Positions 1 to 12,789 of a stretch of DNA of 64,000 nt are shown here, in pieces. Source of the DNA: Glycera tridactyla (lineage: Eukaryota); contig OZ286460.1 in the NCBI GenBank assembly GCA_965644265.1, forward strand, positions 11,160,001 through 11,224,000. Direction: 5' to 3'. Within the stretch, counting starts at the first letter, position 1. Every line of letters begins with the position of its first letter. The position numbers and the translations under genes are program-made. The notes beneath the pieces were generated by a model that searched no databases, had not been told where the DNA came from, and saw only the letters and a list, made by a program, of their open reading frames with translations.

Positions 1-8
1 CTCCGAAA

Positions 9-3000
9 ATGTATGCTGCCGCTAAAGATCATTTGAATCAGTTACTGGAGAAAGGTATCATCCGACCTTCGGTGTCTCCTTATTCTAGTGCTCCTATGTT
101 TTTGCAAAAACCAGATGGGAGAGTTAGAATGGTAACTGATTTAAGACATCTCAATGATAAAACAGTGAGAGACTGTTATGCTCTCCCTCGTTTTGACGAT
201 ATTTTACCTTACCTGGCTGGTAATACTTTTTTTACCAAAATGGATATAAGGTCCGGGTACTATAATATCGAAATCGAGGAGAGAGACAAAGAGAAGACTG
301 CTTTCTCTACACCTTTTGGATTGTATGAATACAATCGCATGGTTCAGGGGGCTAAGACTTCTGCTGCAACTTTTCAACGTTGCATGGAGAATATCCTCAG
401 ACCAATGCTTTATGAAGGATGTATTTGTTTTCTCGATGATGTCATTATATTTAGCCGCACCATGGAGGAACATCTGGAACTTTTGTCCAGAGCTCTCACT
501 CTTATGCGTGAAGCTGGTCTCAAGATACACCCAGGAAAGTGTACCTTGGCGTCCAAGGAGATAGTTTATCTTGGCTATATCATCTCTGATAAAGGTGTGA
601 TGTGCAATCCTGAAAAAACTAAAGTTTTACAGGATTGGCCTGTTATCAGAACAGTAAAAGATGTCATGAGTTTCTTAGGTTTTGCTGGATTTTTTAGGAG
701 GCATATCCCTCACTATAGCAGCATAGCTCAACCTTTGTTACGTCTTTTGAAAGGTGTCAAGTATAAACCCAAAAGTAAGTTTGGACCTCCTGTGGAACAG
801 CCTGCTTTACAGCGCTCTGTGATAGAAGAATGGGACGAGGGATGTCAAGAAGCTCGAGAGAAGCTGATTGAATTACTCACCCATCCCCCTGTGTTAGCAT
901 TCCCAGATTTAGACAAACCTTTTATTTTGCATGTAGATGCTTGTACCACAGGACTGGGGGCTGTTTTGTTGCAGTTTGGTGACAAGAATCTGTTGCATCC
1001 AGTGTGTTTTGCTTCTAGATCTCTTAAAGATACTGAGAAAAATTATCCTGTGTATAAGTTAGAGTTCTTAGGGCTCAAGTGGGCTGTGGTTGATAAGTTT
1101 AACTTTTATTTATATGGCCACCCATTTAAAGTATACACTGATAATAATCCTCTCACGTATATACATAGATCTCTCAAGGTTGATGCTACATCTCAGAGAT
1201 GGCTTGCTGCCCTTGGAGACTATGATTTCACCATACATTACAAGCCTGGACCAGTCAATGTCGACGCAGATGTATTGTCTAGACTACATGAGACACCAGA
1301 TCAAGTGGTTGAACACTCTTCGGAGCTGTCTTCAGAAACCACTCCATTGATCGAGAATGTAAATGTAGGTAATTTAGACGCGTCTATTTTCGGTGTCTCA
1401 AGTGACTCCCAGTCTTTTGACTGGAGAAATGAACAACTCAAGGACTCTGATTTGAATCTAGTGATTCAATACATGTATAAACGGCGACCTTGTAAGCCCA
1501 AAGACTTTCCTAAAAAATATAGGAAGCTTTTCTACTTTCGTGATAGGTTAGTTTTTAATTCAGAAGGGGTATTGTGCAAAAGAACTGAAATTGAAGGATT
1601 TGAATATCTTTTGATTATTTTGCCCCACAAGTGTTTGCCCCAAGTTTTACATGCTCTGCATGATGAGTCAGGCCATTTTGGAGTAGAGAGGGTAGTCAAG
1701 TTTTTCCAGAGGAGATTTCATCTTTCTGGACATGTGAAATCTATCACTGAATATATCTCTGCTTGCAAAGAGTGTCTATTGAAAAAGACTTCTCCCTCTA
1801 AACAAGGCATGTTAGGTGAAGTTGCAGCTCAGCGACCTTTCCAAGTCCTATCCATGGATAATCTATCCTTGGATATGGATAAACATGGATTTGGCCATGT
1901 GTTGATTGTAACTGATGTTTTTAGCAAATATGCTTTTGCTATACCCACCAAGAATGAGACCGCCACCACGGTCGCTAAGGCTCTTGTTGAGAAGGTTTTT
2001 GACATCTTTGGCTTGCCTGAAAAGCTCTTATCTGACAGAGGCAGAAATTTTGAATCGCAAGTGATTGACCAACTTTGTCAGTTACTTGGTATCAAAAAGG
2101 TGTTTACGTGTCCATATTCACCTAGGAGTGATGCCATTTGTGAGAGATTCAATCGTACCTTGATTGACATGATTGGCACAATGTCCACACAGAAAATTTG
2201 CTCTTGGAGTAAATATTTAGGGCATTTGACCAACATTTATAATAGCTCAATCCACTCCTCCACCAAGTTCTCACCTCTCGAACTGATATTTGGAAGGAAG
2301 AGTCGTCTACCAGTAGATGTCATGTTAGGGACTTATCCTGAAGATAGGAAGTATGACAGTCTCAAACAATACGTTGAAGCTTTGAAGTCTAGGTTGGAAT
2401 TTGTTCAAACCATAGCTAGCCAGAGTCAGGACTTTTCTCACATGTCTAACAAGTATAGATATGATGAGAAAGTTAAGTCATGCATACTCAAAGTTGGTGA
2501 CAAAGTTCTTGTTAAGAACGTTGGTATCAAAGGGATGCATAAGCTAGCCCCAACCTGGTTGCCCGAAGTTTATGAAATCGTAAGATTGGTAGATAACGAG
2601 AACAGGGTGTACGAGCTAAAGAATTTGTCTAGACCAAGGAAACCTCACAGAGTTTTACATATTGATATGATAAAATCTATTGAAGATTTTGATAAGAAAT
2701 ATTTGAAAACTCATGTGGTTCTAGATGAAAAGGGAATAAGTGAGGATATAGTTCAGCTCTTTGCTGAAGACACGGTGAGTAAAGATGCTGGTACAGTTAT
2801 ACAACATGGCCAGAAATCTCGATACCGAACCCGTGCTTCAGAACAAAAGGGTCAATTGGAAGATAGCTCTGAAAGCTGTGATTCTGATTCATTTGAGGAC
2901 GAAGAATATGTAGTGGTAACAACCCCATCTGCTAGTGATTTGTCTCCAACAGCTCAAATTGAATCTGATCATCCTGAACATGCTGAACAAGGACAAATTC

Positions 3001-3371
3001 AGCCAAATGTAGACCAACATTTAGGTGAGGATTTAGAGTCCACCTCAGCTAGATCTCAGTCAGAATCCAGTGTTGTGGAAGCTGGAGTTGATATTGAAGA
3101 GGCCCAAAATCCTCTTATCGAGAATTCTGATGAGATTGACGCTCATGACGAAGATACTGAGTCTGATCTGAATCCTGACACTGAATATCATTCTGCGTCA
3201 GATTCACCATTGTCTGAAGAGACTCAAGTAGTGAATGCTTCACCACCTGGAATCGCCCGTAGAAAACCGGAAAGGGTGAGAAAACCTCCAGATAGATATG
3301 GTGGTTATATCTCCTGGCTGTTGAAAGGAGACAGACAAACCAGATCAGCGGGACCTATTTTGGAGGTTTAG
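9..3371 (+). CDS. pol: Ty3/Gypsy LTR retrotransposon Pol (RT-RNase H-integrase), 5' part outside the window
   Basis: 1120-aa stop-free ORF. RT motifs: LPRFDD, MDIRSGYY, FLDDVIIFS. RNase H: LHVDAC..GLGAVL, ASRSL, KLEFLGL, YTDNNPL. Integrase: HHCC (HDESGHFG..CKEC) and DDE core (SMDNL, LSDRGRNFES, CERFNRTL). RT-RH-IN order is Gypsy-type. Ends in an acidic tail and an RKPPDRY motif. Confidence 0.96.
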   Translation: MYAAAKDHLNQLLEKGIIRPSVSPYSSAPMFLQKPDGRVRMVTDLRHLNDKTVRDCYALPRFDDILPYLAGNTFFTKMDIRSGYYNIEIEERDKEKTAFSTPFGLYEYNRMVQGAKTSAATFQRCMENILRPMLYEGCICFLDDVIIFSRTMEEHLELLSRALTLMREAGLKIHPGKCTLASKEIVYLGYIISDKGVMCNPEKTKVLQDWPVIRTVKDVMSFLGFAGFFRRHIPHYSSIAQPLLRLLKGVKYKPKSKFGPPVEQPALQRSVIEEWDEGCQEAREKLIELLTHPPVLAFPDLDKPFILHVDACTTGLGAVLLQFGDKNLLHPVCFASRSLKDTEKNYPVYKLEFLGLKWAVVDKFNFYLYGHPFKVYTDNNPLTYIHRSLKVDATSQRWLAALGDYDFTIHYKPGPVNVDADVLSRLHETPDQVVEHSSELSSETTPLIENVNVGNLDASIFGVSSDSQSFDWRNEQLKDSDLNLVIQYMYKRRPCKPKDFPKKYRKLFYFRDRLVFNSEGVLCKRTEIEGFEYLLIILPHKCLPQVLHALHDESGHFGVERVVKFFQRRFHLSGHVKSITEYISACKECLLKKTSPSKQGMLGEVAAQRPFQVLSMDNLSLDMDKHGFGHVLIVTDVFSKYAFAIPTKNETATTVAKALVEKVFDIFGLPEKLLSDRGRNFESQVIDQLCQLLGIKKVFTCPYSPRSDAICERFNRTLIDMIGTMSTQKICSWSKYLGHLTNIYNSSIHSSTKFSPLELIFGRKSRLPVDVMLGTYPEDRKYDSLKQYVEALKSRLEFVQTIASQSQDFSHMSNKYRYDEKVKSCILKVGDKVLVKNVGIKGMHKLAPTWLPEVYEIVRLVDNENRVYELKNLSRPRKPHRVLHIDMIKSIEDFDKKYLKTHVVLDEKGISEDIVQLFAEDTVSKDAGTVIQHGQKSRYRTRASEQKGQLEDSSESCDSDSFEDEEYVVVTTPSASDLSPTAQIESDHPEHAEQGQIQPNVDQHLGEDLESTSARSQSESSVVEAGVDIEEAQNPLIENSDEIDAHDEDTESDLNPDTEYHSASDSPLSEETQVVNASPPGIARRKPERVRKPPDRYGGYISWLLKGDRQTRSAGPILEV

Positions 3372-4560
3372 GATCCTTTACTTCTCATGGAATTGTAGAT
3401 AAGATTTCCACCTTGGTCTCCAGTAGATCAAAAACTCTGCTTGGGAAATGACCTTGAATTATAGTTAACATTATTTTTGAAGATAAATTTTTAGATGGTA
3501 AGATTTATTTTTGAGAATAGGGTTGTGTTCCATATATTGTTCTTGTTAATGTTATAGGCAATAAGTGTGGGACACATATTTTTGTCTTGTTCGGTTTCGC
3601 AATGTTTGGTTGCAGCACAAACATTTATACCCCCGGGAGCATGTAACGCCACGTTTTTGACGATGTGACGTTTGTTAGAATAACATGAACAAGATAGGGA
3701 TTTCTGGTAGCGGAATTCGCGGAATTCCTCTTTTGAGGCCCGCGGCACTAGTTTTACGCTACTAGATTTATATTGATTCCTTCTTACTCCAGAAGCATGA
3801 GATATTTTCACTTCTATTGGTTGAAAAACAGTAGTGACCCTGTTAGTTTTCTAATATTAGTTGTTTCACCTATCTGGTTGTTGGTGTGGCAACTAGAGTT
3901 CGAGTTACACGCAGTGGACTCGCCGTTCGCGGTGGGTGCCCAGCTTGCAGTGTTTCTAGGGTGAAACAGTAAAAATGCGATATCTCCATGGATAATGGAC
4001 GTAGGAAGACCGTATTTTCACACGATACGTATCTGTGTTAGGGCTATAGATATCCCGAAGATGGGAATTGTATCTTTTGAGGCAAAATTGTTAGTCCGTG
4101 GGATAGGCCGTTTATCGGCAGTTTTTGCCAACAGCGTTGATCACATAGTATAGTGAACGACTCCCTGAGCAGGAGGAGCTCGGAGTCGCGCAGGAGGAAA
4201 GTGATCTGCAATGTACATGGAATGTACATGTTTTCTCAGAAAATCTTCTGTAATCGATCTAGAAAAGTCTCGAGCGAATACTTTCGAGGTAGCTGACTTG
4301 GGGAGCTTGACATCGCTTCTCCCGCTCTTTTTTCCCGCTCTTTGCTGGCTCTTCAGGACGGATACATAAAAGTATTCCAGACAGGAGTTCTGGCACTTGG
4401 AAATTCTGTCCTGAAGAGTACGCACCGGAGCTGAAGGAGTCGGGAGCAGAGAACATCTTGCTACTCCAGGATCGCTGCCTTGGAATAGAAACAATGGACT
4501 CCAATACACCGTCCTGAGCTCTACTACATCCAGTAAGTGTTCATGAGATTTAGAAATGTT
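3372..4560 (+). mobile_element. Gypsy 3' UTR and probable start of the 3' LTR (TGTAAC at 3642); LTR end not located
   Basis: Short purine run GGGAG (3635-3639) just before TGTAACG; TATA-like CATAAAAG near 4361. No second LTR in the window to confirm it. Confidence 0.35.
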
Positions 4561-7500
4561 TTAGGATCCTTTTAGGAGGCTTTATTAGGAGTCATTTTCC
4601 CCATTTGCCCAAATGGCCATTTTTAGTATCATGCCATTTCATGTCATCGGATTTTCCGTGTTTTGTATTGAATGTACCGTCTTTCGAGCATACGTGGTCA
4701 AAATCTAAATTTTGCATGTTTTGGATGTTTTTGGATCATTTTGGATGATAGGATTTTGTTCCATGAATGCCGTCCTGATCCAAAACGAGTAATTGTTAAT
4801 TCTCGCGGATATTGGTAGTTCTATCTATTTCTGTTAATTCCCTGTGCTGTTCCGGTGAATTTGGAACAAGTGGAACTGCGTGGAACTATGCCGTGTCCCT
4901 CCAGCATTGTTCCCGGTGCAGTACGCCTGTATGGGTGGAACAGGGCTATGCAGGAATTTGTAATATAGTATTTAAAGCTTGGACTCACTGAATCCTCCGG
5001 GTGAGAGAAGCTGTGTGTATGAACTGCTAACAAGTCTCGATATAGCTCTTACGGGTCAGATTCTGATCATTTGTGTAATATAACGGATTTCTGTGTGAAT
5101 TAGATGATTGAATCATTCAAAATTCAATTATATTCACGGGATTTCCTTATAGGAATAAAATTGTGAAAGGAATATTTCTGTAAGATCATTTTCAGTTGAA
5201 ATATCAGCAGAGACGACTGTGTCTTTTCTCTCTGAATCTGTGTGTTTTTAGACCCGGCTACTCTACCAGTCCATGTGGGCTGAGTTGAAATGAACATGCC
5301 TATCTCGGTATGACAATGGCAGCTCGCTGTCATGTGTACTAACCAGGTCACCGCTTAGGTGAACTCTGCTGCTGGTTTCGTAAATAGCACACACAGCTGA
5401 TCTGTTTTCTTTAGCTTCCCTGATCATATGAATAGAGATCCAGTCAATCTTTTCCTTTCCGAGTGAAATTCTTTATTGAAAAACGTATTTTCATTGAAAC
5501 GGCTTGTTTTGAGAAGGTAATAATCTAACGTCGTTCATATGGTGTGAAAATCTGGAATTCTTTGGCGATTAACCGATCGATTAATCGACCGATCAAATAT
5601 GCTTCAATTTCGGTTTTCTGAATCTATTTCGGCTTGCTAAAGCTTGTTTTTAAACGATCAAATGTTAGTTTGATGGTATTTCAATTTCCATGACCACAAC
5701 TGTCGTATTTGTCAATTGAAGATCCGGTGGAATGTTTTTGGTGCTCGTACTTGTAATAGACACGTAGGGGAGACGACAAACCGAGGCTTGTTTCGTTTAC
5801 ACGTAGTGCCTGCTAGTGATTCATGTGCTCGGCCTGAATTTAGACTTTTTCGGAGCAGGTCCACTCTGATAAGCTTGAATCCTGTCCTAAGCGCCGTATA
5901 TCCTAAGCACGGACCCGTCCTAAGCTTGCTCAGTCTTGTGTAATGTCCCTGAGTCCCGTGACCAACTTTTTGAGTGAAACCTCCGTATTGAGACCAACCT
6001 GTCACATGTGACCACTTTGAGATTTTTGGTCTATATGATCTGCGACATCACGTTGGGTTGTAATTTTCGAAGGAAAATTCTTTTGAATTGATTTTAGACC
6101 TTCAAACGGCTATATTTGTGATTGTTTAGCTCTCGTAATGAATAAGCTGCTGTGCGCTGTCATTTGAGCTCCGAGATACTTTCTGAGCGATCTGGAATGA
6201 ACAGCTGTTTCTGACTGATCGGTCAGATGTAAACAATCCGCCATTTTGGATTTCCATCCGCCACATGTATGAGCCTCACTTTGAGCCTCCGATCCACTTT
6301 ACACTTTTCAACAAGTTTGAAACTTTTTCACTTTTGGTAAAAGCTTTTAGATGCTTTAGAATTGATCGGAATTGTTTCTCGTTATGTGCGGATTGCTTTT
6401 ATAGAACTTCAGTGTGCTGGCTTTAGCGCTATTTGTGATTTGACAGCGCGGACTTAGCGCGTTGACTGAAACTTAGCTCGGTGCTTACCGGACTTACTCA
6501 TGGTCTTACCCCGTAAGCATAATTGTGTTTGTGGTTTGTGACATATGGGACTGCATGTAAATGCATTTCGTTCTTATATTTCTTGAATTACATGACTAAT
6601 TTCGACTTTAGACATTACCAAATGGCTTGAAATGAGTTGAAATTGGGATTTGGTGAATTTTAGAATTCGAACTTAGCACGGACTTGGTAGATCGGAACTT
6701 AGACCCCGCTGCTGTTGCAGCTGTGACTTAGTTCATTCCGGTCTATGTTAGGTAGGTCATACTCACAGTGACAGGGAGGGGGAACTTGGGTTGATTTCAG
6801 ATCTTGCCCCTTGCTTCGGTGAGTGGTGACTTTATCTGATACTGTCTACAAAGACCACCTGTTCTGAATAGATTAATTTCTCTATCTTAGATTCTTAACT
6901 TAGAATTTATTCAGATTTTTGAATTTGATTTGATGAGGACTTGACTATTTTTGATTTTGAAAAGCGTGCTAGCTCTTTTCATGCAGACAGTTGGACTTCA
7001 ACTTTTTCGCTGTATTGCTGCTGCATCATGATCCCAGCTGACTGAGAGAGGACTTGGTGTGATCGCCTTTCTAGTTCATTCCCCGTGAACTTAGCTCTCT
7101 CTGATACAGCTGATGATATTTTAATGCCTTGTTCGTTGATTGATTAACTTAGTTGGCTCAGTGCCTGCTCCGTTGATAATGGCTTAAGTGCATTGAGATT
7201 TCTTTTCAACGGTGATACTTACTGATTGTCTTTTGACAATCTCTTCAACTGAATGTTGAAATATTTCTAGTAACTGGATCAATGATAACTTGTAAGTTAA
7301 ATTCTTATGCTATTTAGTTAGTGGGGAATAGAGTGGGATCCTGCCTTCCCACTATAATAGATCTGGCAACTGCAAGTAACTAAGTGCACGCAACAAACAT
7401 AAATAAAAACTTAGAGTTGTTTAAAGATACTTTTTGAATCAAAACTTTTCTTTATGATACTTGGACAAGTTGGTAGGAGACTTTTTTTATCTTCTTGCAG

Positions 7501-9821
7501 CAACCAGCGCATCTGAGATGTCGTAACTGGAGAGGTGCGTACTCTTCAGGCCACTCCATTCCCATGTCGCCTTCCGGGCATACGGAATTCATCTGATATA
7601 GGCAGATAGGCCTATCGTCCGTCATCTTGATCTTTAGTGTGTTAAACACACTATCCACATGTGAGATGTGTGGGACATAGTCACGTCATACGGTGAGATG
7701 CGATCATCTATCTTTATGAGATAAGATACGTCTCTCGAGAGGAATGATGTCTCCTCTTTACTTCTACTTCCATCTTCGATACGCGTTCTAGTATCAGCTG
7801 CTATCATACTCTAGCTGATCATGGATTTATAACAAAGATTCGTCTTCACACGTGCAACTAGGTGGCCACCACTATATTAACTTTTAAAGTCGATCTTGCA
7901 TCGTGGGTCTTTAACCCAAACTTTTAAAGTCATATATCAAGAGTGCACTAACTATCTAGACACAGTGTCTTTGACTTTGTTTTATCTCCAGCTAGCTACA
8001 GTGGCCACTTCTCAAGCGCCCAAGTCAACGATGGAGCAAGAAAGAAGATACCAAATTTAGTAAGGTTTGAGCTCAAACTTGTGACTATTTGAGGGTGTAC
8101 TTGTATTATGCATTGAGGTACCTCACTTTGTCATTCAACCATGAATAACCTGTGTACGTGTATGTCGTGAGTTGAATAATTCTGATATTTCACTGGTATT
8201 TATGTATCACGAGTTCATCCATACTTGTCATATGTGTGTATATGATTCAGATCTGAATATTCGAATTGAATTCATTAATTGAATTATGAGTATATCTGAC
8301 TTTTTGTCTAATTGATACTGTGATAATCAATATTGTTTCATTCAATTTATGATCTACCATTTACATTCCGATATGTGAGCAATATACAAATTAAAATATG
8401 TATCTACAACTCTATTTATGTGTCATCTTATACTTTTGAACCAACACTTGAGTTCCCTGTGTGAGAGATGAGATGACTTTATGGATCTATGGTTTCATTA
8501 GAGCTTGGCAAACAATGGGATTCAACATGTAATACTGATCGCGCTTATAACATCTTTTAGTACAACGTATATTTTTGTGAACATCGATCCACAGGAGCAA
8601 TGCCATTTATTTTGATATTGGTATAGATGGGGTAAAAGCCCGGTTAACCTGAAACATTGCTTCCTGCTGTTCTTGATAATGGTAATTTAATCAGATATAA
8701 ACTTCTTGCCAAGGTTGCATCTTAAGGAAGAGGAGGGAATACTCCTACAAGCCTGTCGGATGACTGGTTTTATTCCATTGTCATATTGGAAGGATTACAG
8801 TGATATTGGTGGTGGTGGCCGAATTTCCTCGAATGTCCGTGACCTCCCAACTGTCCTTGTTTTACCATTAAATTTGACTTTTGGGCGAAATTGCTCGATT
8901 TCGCTATTATTTTTGGACTATGGTTGATGGTGACCTCAGTAGGACCTCCCTATTGGACAGGTGACTTTTATTAAGGCACATATATCCGTGCTTAGGGGTC
9001 ATTTCAGCGCAATTCCTCCTCTGTATCAGCATTTCCCGATTTGTCAGTGGAAAGGGTCTGATATTCGACCCTAGGTCAGCATTTAGGGTGGTATTTCTCA
9101 TACTGGAGGTTAGTGTTTAGGGTATGATTTTCAGTTTGGTGTTCACAGGTGATACTATAGGACATATAGAGAGTGCCCCCCCCCCCCGGATCAGATGTTT
9201 ACCAAGGTCATTCATCAACCTCTTTGACCCCCCCCCCCCCCTTTTCTCAGTCCGTGGAAAGCAAATTCTACAGCAATAACAGTATTATCACCGGGGTAAG
9301 ATAGAATCTAAGACCATGGGCACTTTTCAAAGTAACGCCCCGGGCGCACAGCAAGAGTATTGCCCCCCCCCCCCTCTCAGTCCTTTTCAATCTTATAGTG
9401 TGTATGATCAGATCATCCTTACTCATAGGAGGGAATATGAAACTCTCCTTCATTCTTCCCAATCAACCCTCCTTTTTTTTAGGTAGGATTTCGGGAGCAA
9501 TCTCTGATCTTTTCTCTCTCCCGCGCATACAGCGAGGGAGAAAGGTATAAGCTGGTCCCATCAGGGCCAGTGTTGTAGTATCCTTGCCAGTCTCCAGCGG
9601 AGCCAGACTGTTGTCACAACTCCTCGCATCTCCGCAGCGCTGGAGAGAGGTGTTGCCTATATGAGGTCCTGACGTGAACTGGAGATTTAGGTCAACTGAC
9701 GCATGCTATATCCTTTGTGACCTGAGGGGTGCCCCCGTTAAACGGAGGCTACTGATGGATGGAGAGTGATGTGGGAATATGTTGATCATCACATTCACCA
9801 TTATGGATGAAGCCAACTTAC

Positions 9822-10010
9822 CCTATGTCCGCCAAGAGCTCGTCCTACATGGTGGCTACTGCTCAGTCCTGGTAAATCCTGAGCAGGAAGATGGACTCGA
9901 TGATGTTCTTGTTGACGCTGAAGATGTGGGCACCCGACAGCACAATGACAGTGATGTCCTTTGTGACCTTGTGGCCCATGATCAATAAGTTGTTGACAAT
10001 GTCTCGTAGT
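9822..10010 (-). pseudogene. Decayed exon C of the OTU-locus gene (phase 2-2, 189 nt)
   Basis: Frame with strongly G/C-ending codons reads LRDIVNNLLIMGHKVTKDITVIVLSGAHIFSVNKNIIESIFLLRIYQD*AVATM*DELLADIG. Donor GG|GTAAGT is intact; acceptor is mutated (tttttcctgcAA versus tttttcctgcAG in the homologous intron end at 16248). Confidence 0.55.
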
Positions 10011-10386
10011 TTGCAGGAAAAACGATAACACAAATCATAGATTCGAGAATCATCGAGAATCATAGAAACATCTCATGATGGTGATTGTATATCTAATCTT
10101 GAAAATTGAATCAACAATTATAATGAAAGTGATGTTAGTGACAATGTCATCACTTCTGCATCCATGCATGAATGAATCAGTGGCTAGGCATTGCGGCTTG
10201 AGATGAATGGAATCCCCTGTGGATGTTGGTACATATCACACATGGCCAAATATTCGATCACAGAGGAAATGTTATTGTGAGGGGAGATGTCACTGTAAAC
10301 ATTCAGTGAGGTGCCCATTGGTGGAGCAGATACTTGGTGCCGACTATAAGGAATGACACTCTTCATCATATGCTAGATGACTGATA

Positions 10387-10693
10387 CTACGTTAAGCGAA
10401 CTTACCTAGTGTAGGTTGGAGAGCATTATGCATAGTGTGTCCCTCCTCAGTCTAATAGAGCTAATCTGAATAGAGAGGCCTGCGCATGCGTGAGTCACAT
10501 TTGGAAGTCAAGAGCAGCACTTGTGCAGACGGTCTGAGCTACTATCCTCCGGGCGGGCAGGTATCCAACCAGGATAGGGGATATTAGCTCTATCAGACTG
10601 AGGAGGGACACACTACGTATAATGCTCGCCAACCTACACTAGGTAAGTTTGTTTAACGTAGCATTATACGATAGTGTCCCTCCTCAGTCTAAT
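10387..10693 (-). mobile_element. DIRS1-type 3' terminus (ICR plus right ITR)
   Basis: 79-bp inverted arms at 10387-10465 and 10583-10661, plus an extra partial copy at 10662-10693. On the minus strand this gives the X-Y-revX...X-revY layout of DIRS1 termini, with an AACTTACC/GGTAAGTT core. Confidence 0.65.
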
Positions 10694-11093
10694 GACCTGA
10701 TGTGAATCTTGGAAGGTCTGCACAAGTGCATTCCCAAAGCCCATATTATCCCATGTTTCTGTCGCAGGTCACAACTTCCGTCCATCTGTAACCACTGTCA
10801 TCGAGAAACCGTCAGTTGCGGGTCCTGCCCACATTTCAACTGGATCCTGTACCAGGACCATGCGTCATTTCAATAATCACAGATGCCAAGGGCCCGTCCT
10901 CTGCAAGTCCTGTTCACTTTTGACTGAATCCTGCTCCAGGTCCAAGCATCATTTCAACAGTCGCAGATGCCATCTGACTGAACCTGCCATGACCCAGCCT
11001 GCCCACGTTCCCCTGACGACAGGCAGGCAAAGCATCACCACCCTGACCTGACCCGATCCACCACCACATTGTTGCCAGCTAAACACTCCAATT

Positions 11094-11560
11094 AACATAA
11101 CATAACACAACATAATATAACATAACATCTATTTATGATGCTCATCACAACAGAAAGGTGTCTGTTTTATCCGCGCGTGAGCGCCATTCCAAATAAGTCC
11201 GACAGCATAGAAACATCACTCCCATGTATAAAAATACAACAGTCAATCGACATAGGTATAGTCACGTCTCATAGTCCTATTCATATAGAGCTATGAGAGT
11301 AGTCTGTTACCCTGAAACATTTTATTCAAGGCGGGATCGGATAGGCTCTTACTAGTGAAGAAGAATGAGACAAAGGGGTGTCTAAAAACAACACAGACAA
11401 GTTCGTTACCAATAGTATGTCACCAAATTTCTGGAGATCAGTGTGTTACAGGGCTAGATCATAAGGCGAGATCAGATACGCTCCGTTACAGCAAGTGTTT
11501 CAAGGGTATTGCGTTCAAATTAACAATTTGTTTGAAACAAGCCATTTAAGGCATGATCGA
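11094..11560 (-). mobile_element. LINE (CR1/L2-like) 3' remnant with (TTATG)n tail
   Basis: (CATAA)n at 11094-11126; degenerate KWLVSNKLL RT C-terminal motif near 11510-11540. Confidence 0.4.
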
Positions 11561-12789
11561 AATAAGGACATTGCTGAATAAGATGCACATGTGCATACAA
11601 GGGCAGATTTATAGCTCAGCATTGCATGATCACAGTGGTCCTAGTTGTCGATGATAGTACTCCTGCAGGCATCGTTTGTAGGATAGAGAAGAAGTCGCAT
11701 TTGCGATTTCTTGTGGTCTATTATTCCAGGTTACAATTGCACGGTGTGTGAAAGATCTTTTCCCCAGCCCAGTTTGGCATATCGGGACAGTCATACCCCC
11801 CTCTCTAGGTGTCTGGTACGGAAGGTTTCCCTGTTGTAGTTGGGCATGTTTGATAAAAATTGATCATACAGGTCGGCTGATGTTTCGTTGTTCCTGATTT
11901 TGAAAGTTTCCATGAGGAGTTGCTTTTCTCGGACTGCCCCTAGGCTTAGCAGGTTACAGTATCGCAACATGTCAACATTCGTTGTTTGTATGCCAGTCAT
12001 GGCCACAGTTCATAAGAGCTCGCAAAAGGCTTGATCCAGTTTGTCACACACCAATTGACACAGACAAAGACAGTCATAAGAAAAAACTTTTTTAATTCCA
12101 ATAACCATCCATCACAATATTCTAGAGGAAACTTTCCTCGCGCCTTCACATGAATTATGGCACCAACAACAAAATCATTCACATCTCCATTGTTACTGGT
12201 TGTACTTTCAATCCGTTGATCACAGTTCAACAGGAAAATTCAGTAGTTCCACCATGGAAAAGCATGTATATTGTATTACCTGTATAATATACCATCCCAC
12301 CTGCCCACCTTAGTATCAGTATAAGCATAGTGGCCCATTATTACCAATCGTCTATTATACCTCGAGTCTTATATTATATTGGCCGTCTAATATACTGGCT
12401 TAATGGTCTATTGTCACGTATTCAAATAATGTATATTATACCCTGATTGTATGTATATTATACCTGTACTCCGTCTGTAATAAGCAGATTGGAATGCACA
12501 TTCCCTGTGTGTAAGACTAGCATATAATAGCATGGCATAAGGCAGAATGTTCAGTCTATAATAGCGCCCCAGCGCCACCCTGTATATAATAGCATGAATG
12601 TTCTATTTAGTATTATAGCACGGTCCTTGCCCCTCGGCCACCGCCTATCCAGTGAACCAGTACTCTCATTGTCATAACAAATTCTAGGCTGAAGCAGACA
12701 GCTTCATGTTTGTAGCATAACCCATAGACTGAGCGGCTGGTCAATGATTCCCTACACAGTATAACAACTCACTCATGTTGTATCAAACG

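Noticed and set aside
4141-4509. Minus-strand ORF as a LINE ORF1 fragment
   Set aside because: No firm motif; more simply antisense to the putative LTR.
9500-9770. HDV-like ribozyme around CTCCTCGC
   Set aside because: I could not build the P1/P3 pairings.
9863-10063. MILDD...GHK...TVIVLS as a Polinton/A32 packaging ATPase
   Set aside because: The apparent Walker B lies in sequence homologous to the intron end at 16250-16310, no Walker A is present, and no other Polinton genes are seen.
11640-12230. Decayed minus-strand coding-like sequence
   Set aside because: No recognisable domain; left unannotated.
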